Source: Felis catus | Taxonomy: Eukaryota | Length of the DNA stretch: 64,000 nt | Direction: 5' to 3' | Assembly: GCF_018350175.1 (NCBI RefSeq) | Contig: NC_058377.1 | Coordinates: forward strand, 30,566,001 to 30,630,000 | In this document: piece after piece, positions 26,440 through 39,262 of the stretch | Position numbering within the stretch: the stretch's first letter is position 1 | Layout of the letters: every line of letters begins with the position of its first letter | Translations under genes and position numbers: made by a program | The notes under the pieces: model-generated | What the model was told of the DNA's origin: nothing | Database searches by the model: none | Seen by the model: only the letters and a program-made list of their open reading frames with translations

Positions 26440-26650
26440 TGATAGTTTCTCTAGAGCTCTTTATAATTTACAAAGTGCTTCACTTGTATTTTCTCATTTA
26501 ATCTTCTCAACAATGCTGTGAGATAGGATTATTATTGCTCCTTCTTTACAGATAAGAACCTGAAGCTCAGGGAGACTTAGTGAGTGGCCCAAGACCTCAC
26601 AGCTGGACCCAGCTGAGCTGTGCTGGAACCTAACTGAGCTCTTTCAGCCC
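26440..26650 (-). mobile_element. MIR
   Basis: 'tctcatttaatcttctcaacaat...tttacagataagaacctgaagctcag...cccaagacctcacagct'. Similar MIRs at ~20150, 21450-22190, 23600, 24550, 31800, 33600, 35330 and 40730. Confidence 0.8.
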
Positions 26651-28544
26651 GAGATGCTCCCTCATGGTCTTCTACATGAAATCCGAGGGAGAAACTGCCT
26701 CTCGCCTGGATCTTCACTCTCCTAAGACGTCACAGCACCACACTCTCACTCCATCTACTTGTACTGCACATGAGCCCAGAGCACAAACACAAGAGATAGG
26801 GCTCAGCAAAGGAGTAAGAGGAGGGGCAACAGATGAAAATGAGTCAGGGGTGTGCTTGTGCCCACTCCCCACCTGCTGGTCTGAGGCCCAGACCAATGCA
26901 GTTTCTTTGGTGGCACTATTTTAAAATGTAGAGTGGGTTTTGAAGGGTTTGTTTGCTTGGGTTTGGGTTTGTTTTTTGTTTTCTTTTCTTTTTTTTTTTT
27001 TTCTGGACAGAAATAAAAAAGAAACATTAAGGAAAAAGTAAGTCATTGGCCAGGAGTCCCCTACAAAAACAAGAAAGTACCTGGGTGTGGAAGAAAAACC
27101 AAGCCAAGCCAGAGAGGCAGAAGGGAGGAGTCCCAGGGCTAAACTGTTCTCATTGACTACTGGAGGTTGGTGTGTGTTAGGCAGGAGAAAGGGTGTCTGG
27201 AGTTTCCCTGTGAAAAGGATGTCTGTCTACCTCACAGCTGCTGAAGGGCCCCACAATGGGGCCTCTAGGTGAGCCTCTGGCTGGGGAGCAAACCTGCCAC
27301 AAGTGTACATTGGGTGGGGCCTCACCTGACAACCCCCATGAGGCCCATAAAGAAGACAGCCACACGGGGAGCACCCTGGGAGTATAGACCAGAGTCAGGA
27401 GCCATAGGGGAGTAGTGTGACAGGCCAATTCCCATCCATTCCTACATGGACTCTGCTTCTGAGCCACTTTCCAGCCACCATGAGAATACACTGGCTACTT
27501 TGTCAGTGAGCCAGGAAGTGGGGCTTATGAGGAGGTGCTCAGGGAGCAACCAAAGGTAAAGAAATGGGAAACACAGAAGAGACATAGGGCAGAAGGAAGG
27601 GCTGGACCCCGAAGATGTAGGGGAAAGACAGGCAGGTGACCTGAAGGTGGGATGGAGAATGAAGAATAAAGCAGAGAAGGGTTTCTGAGGCCAGATGATG
27701 AACAGGCAGAGAAAGGAGATGGAGGAATAATTGGGACTGGGGGAGTGACTCATTAACATGTGGAAACAAGAGGACACAGTGCTGCCATCCCCACCTCCTC
27801 CCCCTGGTGGCTACTGTAAAACTAATGGGCATCAGGAGAGGACAGGACACTGGCACTCACCTGCCACTGGCCCCTCTCCCTCTTCTCTCTTCTCCCTCTC
27901 TCTTCCCTGCTCCCAGCAGACTGGGTGCAGTTTCTCACCTGACTCCTTTAACTGCTGCTTTCCACCTCTTTTGGGTTCTTTCTGTTTGTTCACCTGCCAC
28001 ATTCAAGGGACTGAAAATCCCAAAGTGGAGATTCTGCTTCTAGTTCCATTCCTCAAGTGCTGGGCTGCCTGTTGGAGTGACATCCACACTAAACACCACA
28101 GTTTCTTCATTTATGAGACTCCCATGAGAGTTGTAGAGGGATAACAGAGCAATGTAAAAGAATTGTAAGATCACCAAAGGATCAGACACTTTAGATCCTA
28201 AGTTTATTTCAGGACTGAACTCGTCAAATCCCTTGAAGGGGAGATTCTTGCCCCAGACGCTCCGTGCCCTCTGCCATGTGTCTTGACTGAAGCACTGTGC
28301 CTTGTCTGTCTGGCTTCTATACCCCTTACAGCTGCCTGGCCCCAAATCAGAAGAGCCAAGAGTCAGCCATGCTTGGGGGAGAATAGGTGGGTTTACCAAC
28401 ATTTTCTAGGCAATTAATCCAGACTGGGGTCAGAGACAGGGACCTAGAGTCACAGCCTGAGAAGTTTTATTCCTGAAGCATATCTAGGCTTTTAGCACAT
28501 AGAATCATCTAGGTGGATTTTCAAGGAGCCATTGAATATGCATG

Positions 28545-28625
28545 AGAGAGAGAGAGACAGAGAGACAGAGAGAGACGGGGGGGGGGGGGGGGGGAGGGGG
28601 AAGAGGAGAGGAGAGGGGAGGGAAA
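28545..28625 (+). repeat. (GA)n, G homopolymer and purine tract
   Basis: gagagag... followed by ~18 G and gaggagaggagagggg. Confidence 0.9.
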
Positions 28626-29549
28626 AATAGCAGAGAAGCAAGAGAAATGGTGGCTAAAGACAAAGGGGAAAGAAGACCGCAGGGACTGTGGCATGAATGT
28701 GGTTGGATAGAGACCGGGGAAAGGATAGGGAGAAATGAGGAGCAGAAGGAAGGTTCTGGGAGAGAAATAAAGAGGCCGAGAGAGCAGAGCCAGGAGCTGG
28801 TGGTGCAGGCAGATGGAACAACAGAGACAGAGAACAGAGCCAGAGGAGTGGGCACGCAGCGAGGCCTGGCAGCCAAGCCCTGTGGGTTTCCGTGGGAAGC
28901 AGATGCTTCCAGGGACCAGCAACCGATGGTCCCCAAGCACGTGAATCCTTGTTGACTCCAGGCCCAGGGCAGCCTCCTCGGCATCCAGCCTTAGCCTGGA
29001 GGAGCAACCCAGGTTCAGAGAGGTAGATGAACAACAGCCCTGCCCCTGTGGGGCTCCACTGCTTCTCCTCCGTTCTCCCGCAGCCTCCACCACCCCTTTG
29101 TGGGTCCTGGGAAGCCATAAGCTGTCACATCATGCCTGGAAGAAAGCAGGCTGTGTTGGAGGGGTAAGTGTGAGCCACAGCATGGGTGTGCAAGTGTGTG
29201 CAAGGGTGTGCAAGCTGGTGGGAGGGGCAGGGGATGCGGAGCAGTAGCTCCGGCAGCATGGAGTCTAGTGCCAGGAGTTTGCAATGTGCTGGGATGGGAT
29301 TGATCCCCAGCAGGGTACTCCTGGCCAAGGGGAGCAGGGAAGGCCATTCCTTCCCCTCTGGGTACCCACCATGAACAACCTGCAGCTTCCTGCTGCCAAC
29401 ATTTTTTTCTTTTGCCCAAGCCACTGGACTGCCACAGCCCCTTCTCTGCAGGAAGGAGCTGGAAGTAGGCTGGGGTTCTAGGTCAGAAGAACCTTGGGGC
29501 TTCCCTGGCCTCATTCTCTCCCGCCGCTACTCACAGGGCCGCTACTCAC

Positions 29550-29569
29550 AGGTCACTTTCCAATTGCTG
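29550..29569 (-). other. Candidate 17/20-nt micro-exon
   Basis: Minus strand ctctctgtcctcag|CAG|CAATTGGAAAGTGACCT|gtgagt; NAGNAG acceptor. Confidence 0.3.
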
Positions 29570-29845
29570 CTGAGGACAGAGAGCAGCATGTACAAGACTC
29601 TGACTTGGGAGACCCCACCCCTACCCCCAAAATGCAGTCTAGTAGGAAGGAAGCTCAGAAGGATCTGAGAAGGAGGTTTTCACGAGCACCAAGCCCTCTC
29701 TCCAGTCCAAAGGCTATTTCCATTCTGTACTCCACCACCCACCTCAACACCCCTCCAACAGCATCCCCAGAACACTGCAGTGACCCCCACAACAGGCTCC
29801 CCAGCTGTGCCTGGGGCAGTCCCCCAGGCTAGAGGAGTCCCTCAC

Positions 29846-29904
29846 TTCCCTACACCAAAGGTCCAGGGCTCCTGCCAGTAACCCGAGTGAACAAGAGCAA
29901 TGCC
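29846..29904 (-). other. Candidate 59-nt exon with distant branch point
   Basis: Acceptor ttccctcccag|, donor GAA|gtgagg, ~175-nt upstream AG-free zone containing tacttaac. Confidence 0.4.
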
Positions 29905-30279
29905 CTGGGAGGGAAGTGGTAGAGGAAGAGGAGGAGGGTGGGGAACACAGCGTTGGCGTGGAGGCACAATTCAGTCGAGTGAAAGACAGGTACCACGGGA
30001 GCCAGATGGGCCAAGCAGAAACAGAAGTTAAGTAGGAAGAGACGGATAAACAGCAGACACCAAGCAACCAGCCAAGCATATGCTCTGCAAGCAGGCGATA
30101 CAAGCACCCAGTAGGGTTTTGGGTGGGGGAAGGGACACGGACCCACAGGAATGGGACAAAGGGTTTGCTGTGGGCTGACTGTTGCCTGGTCAGAACTAGG
30201 GATCCAATCTTTCTCCATGGAGCCTCAGAAAAATGGAGCGCAGCTGTGCTGGCAAGGAAAAGGCGCATTTGGCAGGGTG

Positions 30280-30620
30280 GGGGGGAGGGGTGCTTGGGCG
30301 GACTGCCCCTGGGATTGGTCTTCGGTGGAAGAACCAGAGCCCCAGGCATGGAAGTCTGAATAGCCATGTGCCATTTCCGAGACCCCCAAGCAGAGACCCC
30401 TAAGCTGAATAAGATTCAGGACACAGAAGAGAACCACCGCCTGGCGAAGCCGGGAAGTCCTTCAGCCATGCAGGTGCGGCTTCCCCGCTAGCGAAGCCCT
30501 TCTCGGCTGGAGCCCTCAGTCTGGGTGATGTCATCCCTTTGAGCTCCAGGCTGGGAAGGGGTGGAGCCAGGCTGGAGCTTTGCAGTGTTTATAGGCTCCA
30601 CCCCCAGGCCGGTTCTGTTT
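30280..30620. promoter_or_regulatory. Promoter-like region
   Basis: GC box gggcgg 30296, CCAAT (attgg) 30314, CRE-like tgatgtca 30526, minus-strand TATAAA 30588-30593 next to a CACCC box, raised CpG. Confidence 0.45.
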
Positions 30621-33600
30621 CTGGTCCCTGTCTGCCCAGCCCCCTCCAGGCCTGGCTTTCATGCCGGCCTGCTGGAAACCTGGTGCTGCTGCAGAGCTGG
30701 AGGAGGGAGGAGGGGCACGCAGAGTCACTCCCTGCAGAAAGCGGGACCTGTGCAAGGGATAGGCTTACCTGGGGCCCCTCTTCCACTACACCCATGTTCA
30801 TTCCCAGGTTCACTTATGGGAGCCCTGAGCTTCCAAGGCCCATTAGCCAGTGGCAGGAGCCCAGTTTCCTGGTACCCCAGCCTCAGTCCACTTGGCGTGT
30901 CCGGAAACGTTTATCTGTACCCAGTATCCCACTGGAATTTTTTCTCTAAACAGTGATCCAGGGAGGAGTAACTGAAGGAGACAAGTACTATCCCAAATTT
31001 GTTATTGCTGAGCTAAAGAAATAAAGGCTCTGAGCTGAATCTGAGATTATTCTAAGCCCCAAAGCTAGACAGCCCTCCCTCAGAATGGCCCCTTCACCTC
31101 TCACATGCTCTTACTGGACATAAGCCAGCTCTGTGCCAGCTGCTGGCCTCTTTCCAAAGCTGGCATTGGCCTCAATTGTCCTGCCTCCCCTCTTCCAGGG
31201 CTACCCTAGCCTGTACCAGCCGCTGTGGCTTGGAGCACTGAGGACTCACTCTGGGCTAGGCAAAAATTGGCCTTCCTGTACCATCTTAGATGTTAAGGTG
31301 CTTTTTGGGGGTTGCCACAAACCTAGGCGGGGAAGCAAAGGTAAAAGATTCAGCCCTGGAGTGAATTGTCACGTGGAGTTCACCACACCATGGCGGCTCT
31401 AATTCTGGACTCAGCTGGTTAGCACAGCCCTAGAGTCCAGGAACAGAGAACTCTCTCCCAGGTGTAAGTCTGGGAGCCAGGCCCATGTGTAGATGCTTGC
31501 CCAGGGCAGATGCTTGCTCATGCCCAGGGCAGATGCTTGGCTCAGTGCTGGTGATCCCTGGCTCTGTAACCATGATGTGTCTAGAACAGACAGAAGTGAG
31601 AATGAGGGTGAAGAAAGAAGAAAGGCAGGACCAGGAATGAATTCCTTGAGCCCTAGACCAGCAGCCCTTGGCAAGACCAGCAGCACTAGGACCAGCTCAC
31701 ACAAGGAAAATATGGTCCCTACCTTTGCCAGCTCTTGGACTGCACTCGTGAAACAAATTGCCCTAATAGCCCAGGGTATGATGCACAGTACACTTTCAGG
31801 CTTCTTTCTTATGTATCAGGTTTGATGCGCATAACATTGCCATCATGAAGATAAAGCAGACAGTATTTTAATCCATTTTATGGATGAGGAAACTGAGGCT
31901 GAATTTTAGTATCTATCTATTGAAGGCCTTACGAGGCATGTGAGGTTATACAAAGATAAATGAGCAAAATAACTTATTAAGAACCCACGCTCTTAGACTC
32001 CTACCATCATAATCTTCCCCTTCTGTGACAGTGCTTCACATACTCAACTCCAGAGGAAGAGATGTGGCTAGGGGAAGAAGTTTCCACCTATGGGATAGCT
32101 GCTCAACCAAGAGGTGAAGGAAACAGAGCAGAGCAGTTGTGTGATAGAGTGAATTATCACATAGGTCTGGGATGGAGAAGCATGGTGTGTGCATGTGGGC
32201 TGCACAGTCCTGTCTCTAGGTATGGCCATACAGTGCAGGTTTAAAAGGCTGAGTTAAGAAAGGGTATATGCATGAGCTTTAGATAATTCAAAGTTTTATA
32301 TGTTAGCATATATGCTGATGACAATCACATGTACGGGAAGAAAGAAAGAAAGGAAAGAGAAGAATGTTTATATGGAGATATGAGTAGGGTCTGCATATAT
32401 TTTTCTCGTAAGAAAGAAATTATATAGACAGGTTTAGAATGTGTCTGTTAGCATACGACTGGTATACTGGGTGTGCAAATATGTACTGTATAGGCACGGG
32501 TGAGTGTGTGAAGACAACTAGCACCAACTGGAGAAGAGCATTTGCTGCAGCTGAGTCGGTTGCCTCTCTATTCTCCTTTCCAAGGGTTTCCTCCCTGAGA
32601 CAAAAAGGTGAGCATTCCTGAGCCCTGGCAGTGGCTCCATGAAGCCTCTGCTACCTTGCAACACCTCAGGCCTCCACTGCTCTTCCCTCCCAATCCCTCA
32701 GAGGACCTAAGCAGATCAATTATAGTTAATAACATTTAAATTCTGGCCTGGAGGTGCTGAGGAGGCCATGGGAGAGAAGGAAAAGGTGGCATGGATTTCA
32801 AAGGAGGGACTTGGCAGATTGAATCACTTGGCTCCTGCAATGTCCAGTCCCAGAGTCAGACACTTGAGCCCTCTGATTTGTGTGGAAGCCATGGCTGGGC
32901 CAGAAGATTAAAGGCCACAGGTGACATTAGGAATTGCCCACTTCCATGCCCCAGGAACAGCACAGACCCACAGCATATTGCGTCTTGGAGCAGACCTGCT
33001 ATGCTTCTCTACCCCTCTCTACCCCTCTCTACCCTTCAAGTAGGTGACCCAACCAGACAATGGGAGGGGAGAGGACTCCTCTGTGCAGGGCACCCCTTCT
33101 CAGATATCTGTAATGAGTACCAAGGAACAGAGAGGCCTTGCAAGATCACAGGAGGGGCCCAGCTGCCCAGGAAGCCCCCAGTGGTTATTACCACAGAAAA
33201 GCGCACTTCCCCTCCATCACTAAGGCTTTGGGCTGTGCTGAACCCTCCCCCATGGAACTGTGATTTATAAGGCTGTAACCTCTGCCAGAGCAGGCAGCCT
33301 TAGCTTCTAAATCCCCATAGCAGCCGCTGCAGCCCTGGCCCAGGCAGTCAGCTGCAGGGGGAAGCAGAGTGGTGCAGGGGGAGGAGGTCCTGAGCTCTGG
33401 GGGTGGCCAGGAGCACAGCTCGTAGCAGTAGCTGGGAGTTTTCCTCACCAGGGCTCAGGTCCAGCCCCTGGAATCAAGGGCTGCCGCACCTGGAGACTCC
33501 CTCATCACCCCCCCCCCCGCGCCCTCCCCCACCCCCGCTCCTTGTTCTGTCTCCTCAGTAAAAGACATACCTGTGTGCCACCATGACAAAGACTCAGGGC

Positions 33601-33948
33601 ACATCAGAGATGGAAGGAACCTCAACTCTACTTTAGTGTCCCAGCCCTTCTTCACTTCACAGACAAGACAAATGAGACCCCAAAGAAAGGAAGAGAATTG
33701 GCCAAGGTCACAGAGTTCACTGGCAGCCTCACCAAGATTATAATTTAGGATTTTTGCAAATGCATATTTCTGCTGTTTGGTAGAATTTAGAAATTTTTCA
33801 GAAAGTTAGAGTCTGGGCCAAGCAGCCAGCTTCCCCTAATCCACTCTGGTAGAACACTGTGATTACAATTCAGCTACACAGCTCCTGCTGGGAAATGCAG
33901 TGATATATCCATCAATGCAGGCCACACAGCTGCCTCCCACTCTTAAAA

Positions 33949-34120
33949 CAGGGGCTCTAAACCCAAGATCATTGCATCAGCTTCCTGGGCTCAGATGCCC
34001 ATCAAATTATAGGCAGATGTTTGAGTGTCTATGCTCTAGATATTTTTCTGGAGAGAAGTTCACAGCTTTAATCAATTTATAAAGAGATGCATGACGTGGA
34101 AAAGGTTGAGAATCACTGCC
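33949..34120. mobile_element. hAT-Charlie MITE (MER103C-like), opposite orientation to the 22445 copy
   Basis: cagggg... start, 'tttttctggagagaagttcacagcttt', end 'aggttgagaatcactg'. Confidence 0.6.
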
Positions 34121-37100
34121 TTAAAGCATCAGGAATCCAGCATCCAGAGAAATCAGATCTTAGCAATCAGTTGCTAGGTGCCTTAGCAGCATTCACAGAC
34201 ATAAAAGCGTTGGACTATTGCTCCCTAGATATATGAGTATATGTTTTGCAATATGAAAGAGTTTCTAAGCTCTAGATTTTAAATTCCTCAAGGGTAAGGT
34301 TGTTATCTATTTGTTCACCTATCTAAGATATCATCCTGGTTCAGGGCCTGGAGTAAAGAAAAATGTGATTAATTAATTTTTGAGTATCTCTCTCCCCATA
34401 TCCACTACTGCTTGGTCTCCAACAATGACAAGAATTATAACAGAGAAGTCCTGATGTGAGAAGTGCAAGAACTATTTTATGGTTCAACGTTGAGTTTCAG
34501 GACCTTTTTCATCTACTGTTAAAGACCAATCACCTTGAGGAAGTCAAGGCAGTCCACCCAAAGCCCAAATTTAGATCTCCTGATGCAGTTTGTGTTGCAT
34601 TCCACAACAGCCCAAGAACTTGCGGGGATGCCTCCTTCTCCAGTCAGAAAGAGAAAGCTCCTGCAAGCAGGGCCAGATGGGCTCAGCTTGTCTCAGACCC
34701 TGGACCTCAGGAGTCTGAGTTCTCCATTGTTAAAAGAGAAAAATTCTAAATCTAGAAAGGATCCGGGTGGACCTTAGCCTCAGAACACAGGCTCCAATTC
34801 CTCAGCCCCTTGATCTTCTGTTTGATCGTCCTTCCTTGTCCCACTTTGCAGCTTCTACGTGCACTGGAGATTAAGAAATTGGGGGGAGGGATGGGGAGAG
34901 AGCTCATCTTGGGAAAGGGTGGCTTTCTGAGAAGGGAGGAGGGGATGGGGTTCTCAGGGCCCTGCTGGGCCACTTTCCTCCCCTTCCTCAGCCTCGTCCC
35001 CACAGCCTGGACCCTTCTTTGGAGAAATGTGCTCTGAGAGGTGGTTATACAGTAATGAAAAGCCAGAGCTGGGCCAGAGCTGTGCAGAGGACTCAAAGGC
35101 AGGAGGGAGAGAAGGTAGGGTGGACACAAGTGCCCCTAAGATGGGGGAACAGAAAGAGGGAGGGTACCACCTCAGGACTCTTGACTCTGCCTCTTGACTC
35201 TTAACTCTGGTCTTCTCTGTTGTCCCAGAAAGTCCTCTAGAGAAGGGATAGCCTTTCTCATTCCCATGCTTCTGAGGGGACAATAAGGCATAGAAAGGTA
35301 AAGCCAGCTGACCTGAGTCATGTACCTAACATTTATGAAGACCTTACCACCTGCCTATTTTCACTGTTTTAAGCACCACAGACATAAAGGACCCTATGAT
35401 GTAGGTATTGTTAGTATTATTCCCTTTGACAATTAAAGAAATGAAGGACCAGAGACATAAACTCATCAAACTCAGAGTTGGAAAGTGGGGGCAGGATTCC
35501 ACCTCAGACAGCCCAAGGGCAGAGCCCACACTGCTAGCCACAGCCAAGGCTGAGGTCCCAGATCACTCAGGGCACCAAAGACTGAAGAAGAGGAAACAAA
35601 GTCCCAGAGTGGCCCCAGAAGAGGGCACCCCAAGTGAGATGGGCATGGTTACCTAACATCCACCTTCTAAGGAGCTCATCATAACCATGGACACATGACA
35701 TGTTTCTGGGTCCACTGCCCAGCAGCCACTTCCTCAGACTGGCTTCAAATTTTTAGGCAAATCCTCTCTAGCTGTCCCTTTCACCTTGCATGTTTCCACT
35801 TCCCCATTTTTTTAAAAGGTTCAGGGACATGGTGCCTAGTTAAGTCCTGGGAAGTAGGGACCCCAGAGACTCAGCCAGTGGGTCATGTTTCTGTGAATAG
35901 ACGGTTAGGGGGCACCTAGGGACCTTTCTAGCCTGAGTGATGTAAATACTTAGAACCAAGCAGATTTGGGCTTCACAGACAGGGGTGAAGGTGGACAGAG
36001 GATGGAGGAAAGGATGTAAAGGGGAAAAGAAGATAAAGGAAAAGAAGAAAGGAGGGAGAAAGAAGAGGGGGAAGGGAGGGGAGAGAAAGAAAGTGAGCAA
36101 AAAGTGGGTTCTCAAGGCTGGCTGCCAACCTGGCCACTCTTTCTAGACTAGAGGAGCCTAAGAGGGGAAGGGTTAGTCCTGTGGGGTATGTAGACAGTTG
36201 CAGTGGAGGGAAAGAGGGTGTCAGCAAGAGGGTGGGGGAGGAGTGGACCGTGGTGTCCCCAGGATTGCAGGATGCTGTAAACACTGCTTCAGTCCTGTCT
36301 CCTCTACAGATGCCTCTGTTGCACTTGCCTGTTTAAGGCCCAAGCACACACCATCCTCCCACAGAGCCACTAATGCAATTAACAAAACACATTCATAAAT
36401 CTTGCATGGCGTCCGGAGCTGTCTCCTCTCTCCCCAGCAGTGAGGCCAGCTCCGGAGATCCTGTGCAGAGAGCCGTCTGGCCCTCCAGCATTAGAGCCTC
36501 CTGAAGAAAGCAGCGCAATCCTTAGTAGGACAGCAAGACCACCTCTTCCTGCGGGCGTCCCATTTCAAAATGGGGGAGGGGACCAGAAATAGTGAGAAGT
36601 CAGAAGAAGCTGGGAGAGGAGGTGGATATGAATATGTGTTTGCAGGGGACTGGGGAAGTGGATCATGCCTTCCAAGCTCCAGATGAGAGCATTCCCCCAG
36701 AGGCCACAGCATCACCCCTCTGGGGGGTATTTTACCTGGGAGTTCAGAGTCTGAGCATGTATGAGACCGAGGGCATCTGCATGAGGATGTGTGCATGACT
36801 TGGCAGCGTGACTGGGTGTTTGTGTTTTGTGGGGTGTGTGTGTGTGTGTGTGTGCACTCAGTCTGGAAAATTTGTGAGTCACTAAAAAAGGGAGCTTTCT
36901 GATCTGAAGAGCTTATTTTCAGCTATTTTTATCTCCTCTTGTCTCTTGGCCCTTTTTTTCCCCTTGTCTTTTTCAAATGTAGAGGAATTTGGGGGCTGTG
37001 AGTGCTGTATGTGCCTATGTGAATTTCAGCTTGAGCCAAGAGGTCAGAACCCCCCTGGAAGTGCAGAGATAAATGCACATGTGGGCTCCATGGGTGTGCA

Positions 37101-37930
37101 GTGGGGACACACTTATACACAGATTACCATAAGGTATAAGCAAATGTGAGTGAGGCCAGAAATGTCCCTGGACGTTTCCATGCCAGCTGCCTGAACTCTC
37201 TGATAGGATAGGTATAGAGCTCTACGTGTTCACATCGAGACTACGCCCTAGCTCAGGCTGCACATAAACTCATGTGAACACACGGCCCTGCACCCACCTC
37301 ACACTTACCCAGGTAGACACACTCACTTGAACATGTGGCTACAGGCACAATCCTGGGCCCCTGTCTTAGGAAGTGGCCCTGGCCCCTGCATCTTCTCTCT
37401 TTGTCCAGCCATCGTCACCCCCAAAATGTTGACATCTTATCAGGAAGGTCCTTTCTCTGTTCTGTCAACAAAGAACAAGACATGAGCTGCTAACTGGGCT
37501 TTGGCCATGACTCATTCAGCCCATCCCACTCACCGCCACCTTTGGCCCTGAGATACCATGCTCCCTAATCCAACAGTCATCCAGTCATCTGGGGCCAGCT
37601 TGTGTCTGAGCTGGCAGGACAGGGCCAAGAGATATATTCCTCCTCTTGTCCTCTTGGGAGCTCATTCCTCCAGCCCATAAAGAGGGAGAAGGGAGGGAGC
37701 TCTCTGAGTACTCTGCCTCAGAAACCCTGCCTGCAAAAGAAAGACCAATGTGGCTTCCAAGGAAGGCATTCCAAAGCATCTTTCTCTCCCTCCATCCCAC
37801 AAAGGGAGCAGGGCAGAGAGCAGACTGCATTCTCTAGAGTTCTAGAATGCCTGTGGGTCCCTTGACCTACATTCTATGTTGATAGGACCATATAAGTGCA
37901 CACATGTGCTAGTATTGCAGTACAGAAATG

Positions 37931-37977
37931 CACATGTCCTGCACACATGTCCTGACACATGTCCTGCACATGTCCTG
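37931..37977. repeat. Four copies of CACATGTCCTG
   Basis: Exact units at 37931, 37944, 37956, 37967. Confidence 0.9.
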
Positions 37978-39045
37978 ACAGAAATGCACACAGTGTGTGG
38001 CACATGCTTACAGTGTCACTCCACACAGGCATGGGCCCCACTGCCTACCTTCCCACATGAGCACACATATTAACACGTACTCACAGTGGGCACACACATG
38101 CATGCTCACTCCTACTAAACCTCATGAGAGCTAACGGGAGGATTCTATCTGACAGGCAGCCTGAGGTCCACCACTTCCTTAAGACTGCAGTTTATGCATG
38201 TCTCAAAGGCCTCCTGCCAAGGGGGCCAAACTCCAGCCATTTGTGGCTCCTCCAGCCTTGTACTCTTTTGAGGGGCCAAATCAGCCCATAGGAGAAGCGC
38301 TTTGTCTAGTTTGTGTGCCCAAAGACACTGTTGCTCCTGGTGTCCGGTATATCACACACCTCTCCACTTCATCCCATTCCTCAAGCATCTGGGGGGCATG
38401 GGCTCATGCAGGTCATCATTACAAAGGACAAACCAGACCCCCCAGATCACTCACAGTCTGGCAGGGAAGACAGACATCTGCACAATTAGCCTGACAGAAT
38501 GTACCACCAAGGCTGTGTCTGTGTGTGAACTACAGGGAGTTATTACTTCTTCCTGCTGGGGCATAGGGGCCTGCACAGAGAAGAGGTCAGGGGTTTTGCC
38601 TAGGCCTTGAGTGGTGAGTAGACTTCACCAGGTTGTGGAGGAGCTCGTAGGGGAAGCAGAGTGCAGACAGTGACTAGGGAAGGGCATGATGAGTGGCAGG
38701 AAAACAGCAGGCTGGACAGGGCACATGAGGGAGAAATCTAATCCTGCCAACAGGTAGCCTGGGTTCAAATCCTGCCTTGACTAGTCTGTGGCCCTGGCCT
38801 CAAGGAGAAGAGATTTTGAATTATCTCCCTCTGTTTTACCCCACTAGAAGGAAAAAGTCTTTGCCTTTCTTGAAAGATCTGGATACCTTCCAAATGGGTG
38901 CCTTTTAAGCATCTATAAAATAGGGATACTAAGAGAGCCTACCCTCCAGCAATGTTCTGAACTTAAATGACACAATCCATAGAAAGCCGTTAGCACAGAG
39001 CTAAGTAGGTTTGTACTAAGTTATTAGCCTGTGTTATAGCTAAAA

Positions 39046-39262
39046 CAGTGATTCTTGATGGGGGCAATTTTGCCCCCCAGAGGACATTTGTCAATATCTG
39101 GAGTCATCTTTGCTGTTAAAACCTGGGAGGCAGGGCAGCGTGCCATTGGCGTGCAGTTGATAGGGCCTAGAGATGCCGTCGAGCATCCTGCAGTGCACAG
39201 GAAGGCCCCACAACAACACATTATACAATCCCAAATGTAAATAGTGTAGAGATCAAGGAGTT
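39046..39262 (+). mobile_element. MER20 (hAT-Charlie DNA transposon)
   Basis: 'ggggcaattttgcccccagaggacatttgtcaatatctggag...catcctgcagtgcacagga...cccaaatgtaaatagtg' matches the MER20 consensus as recalled. Confidence 0.9.
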
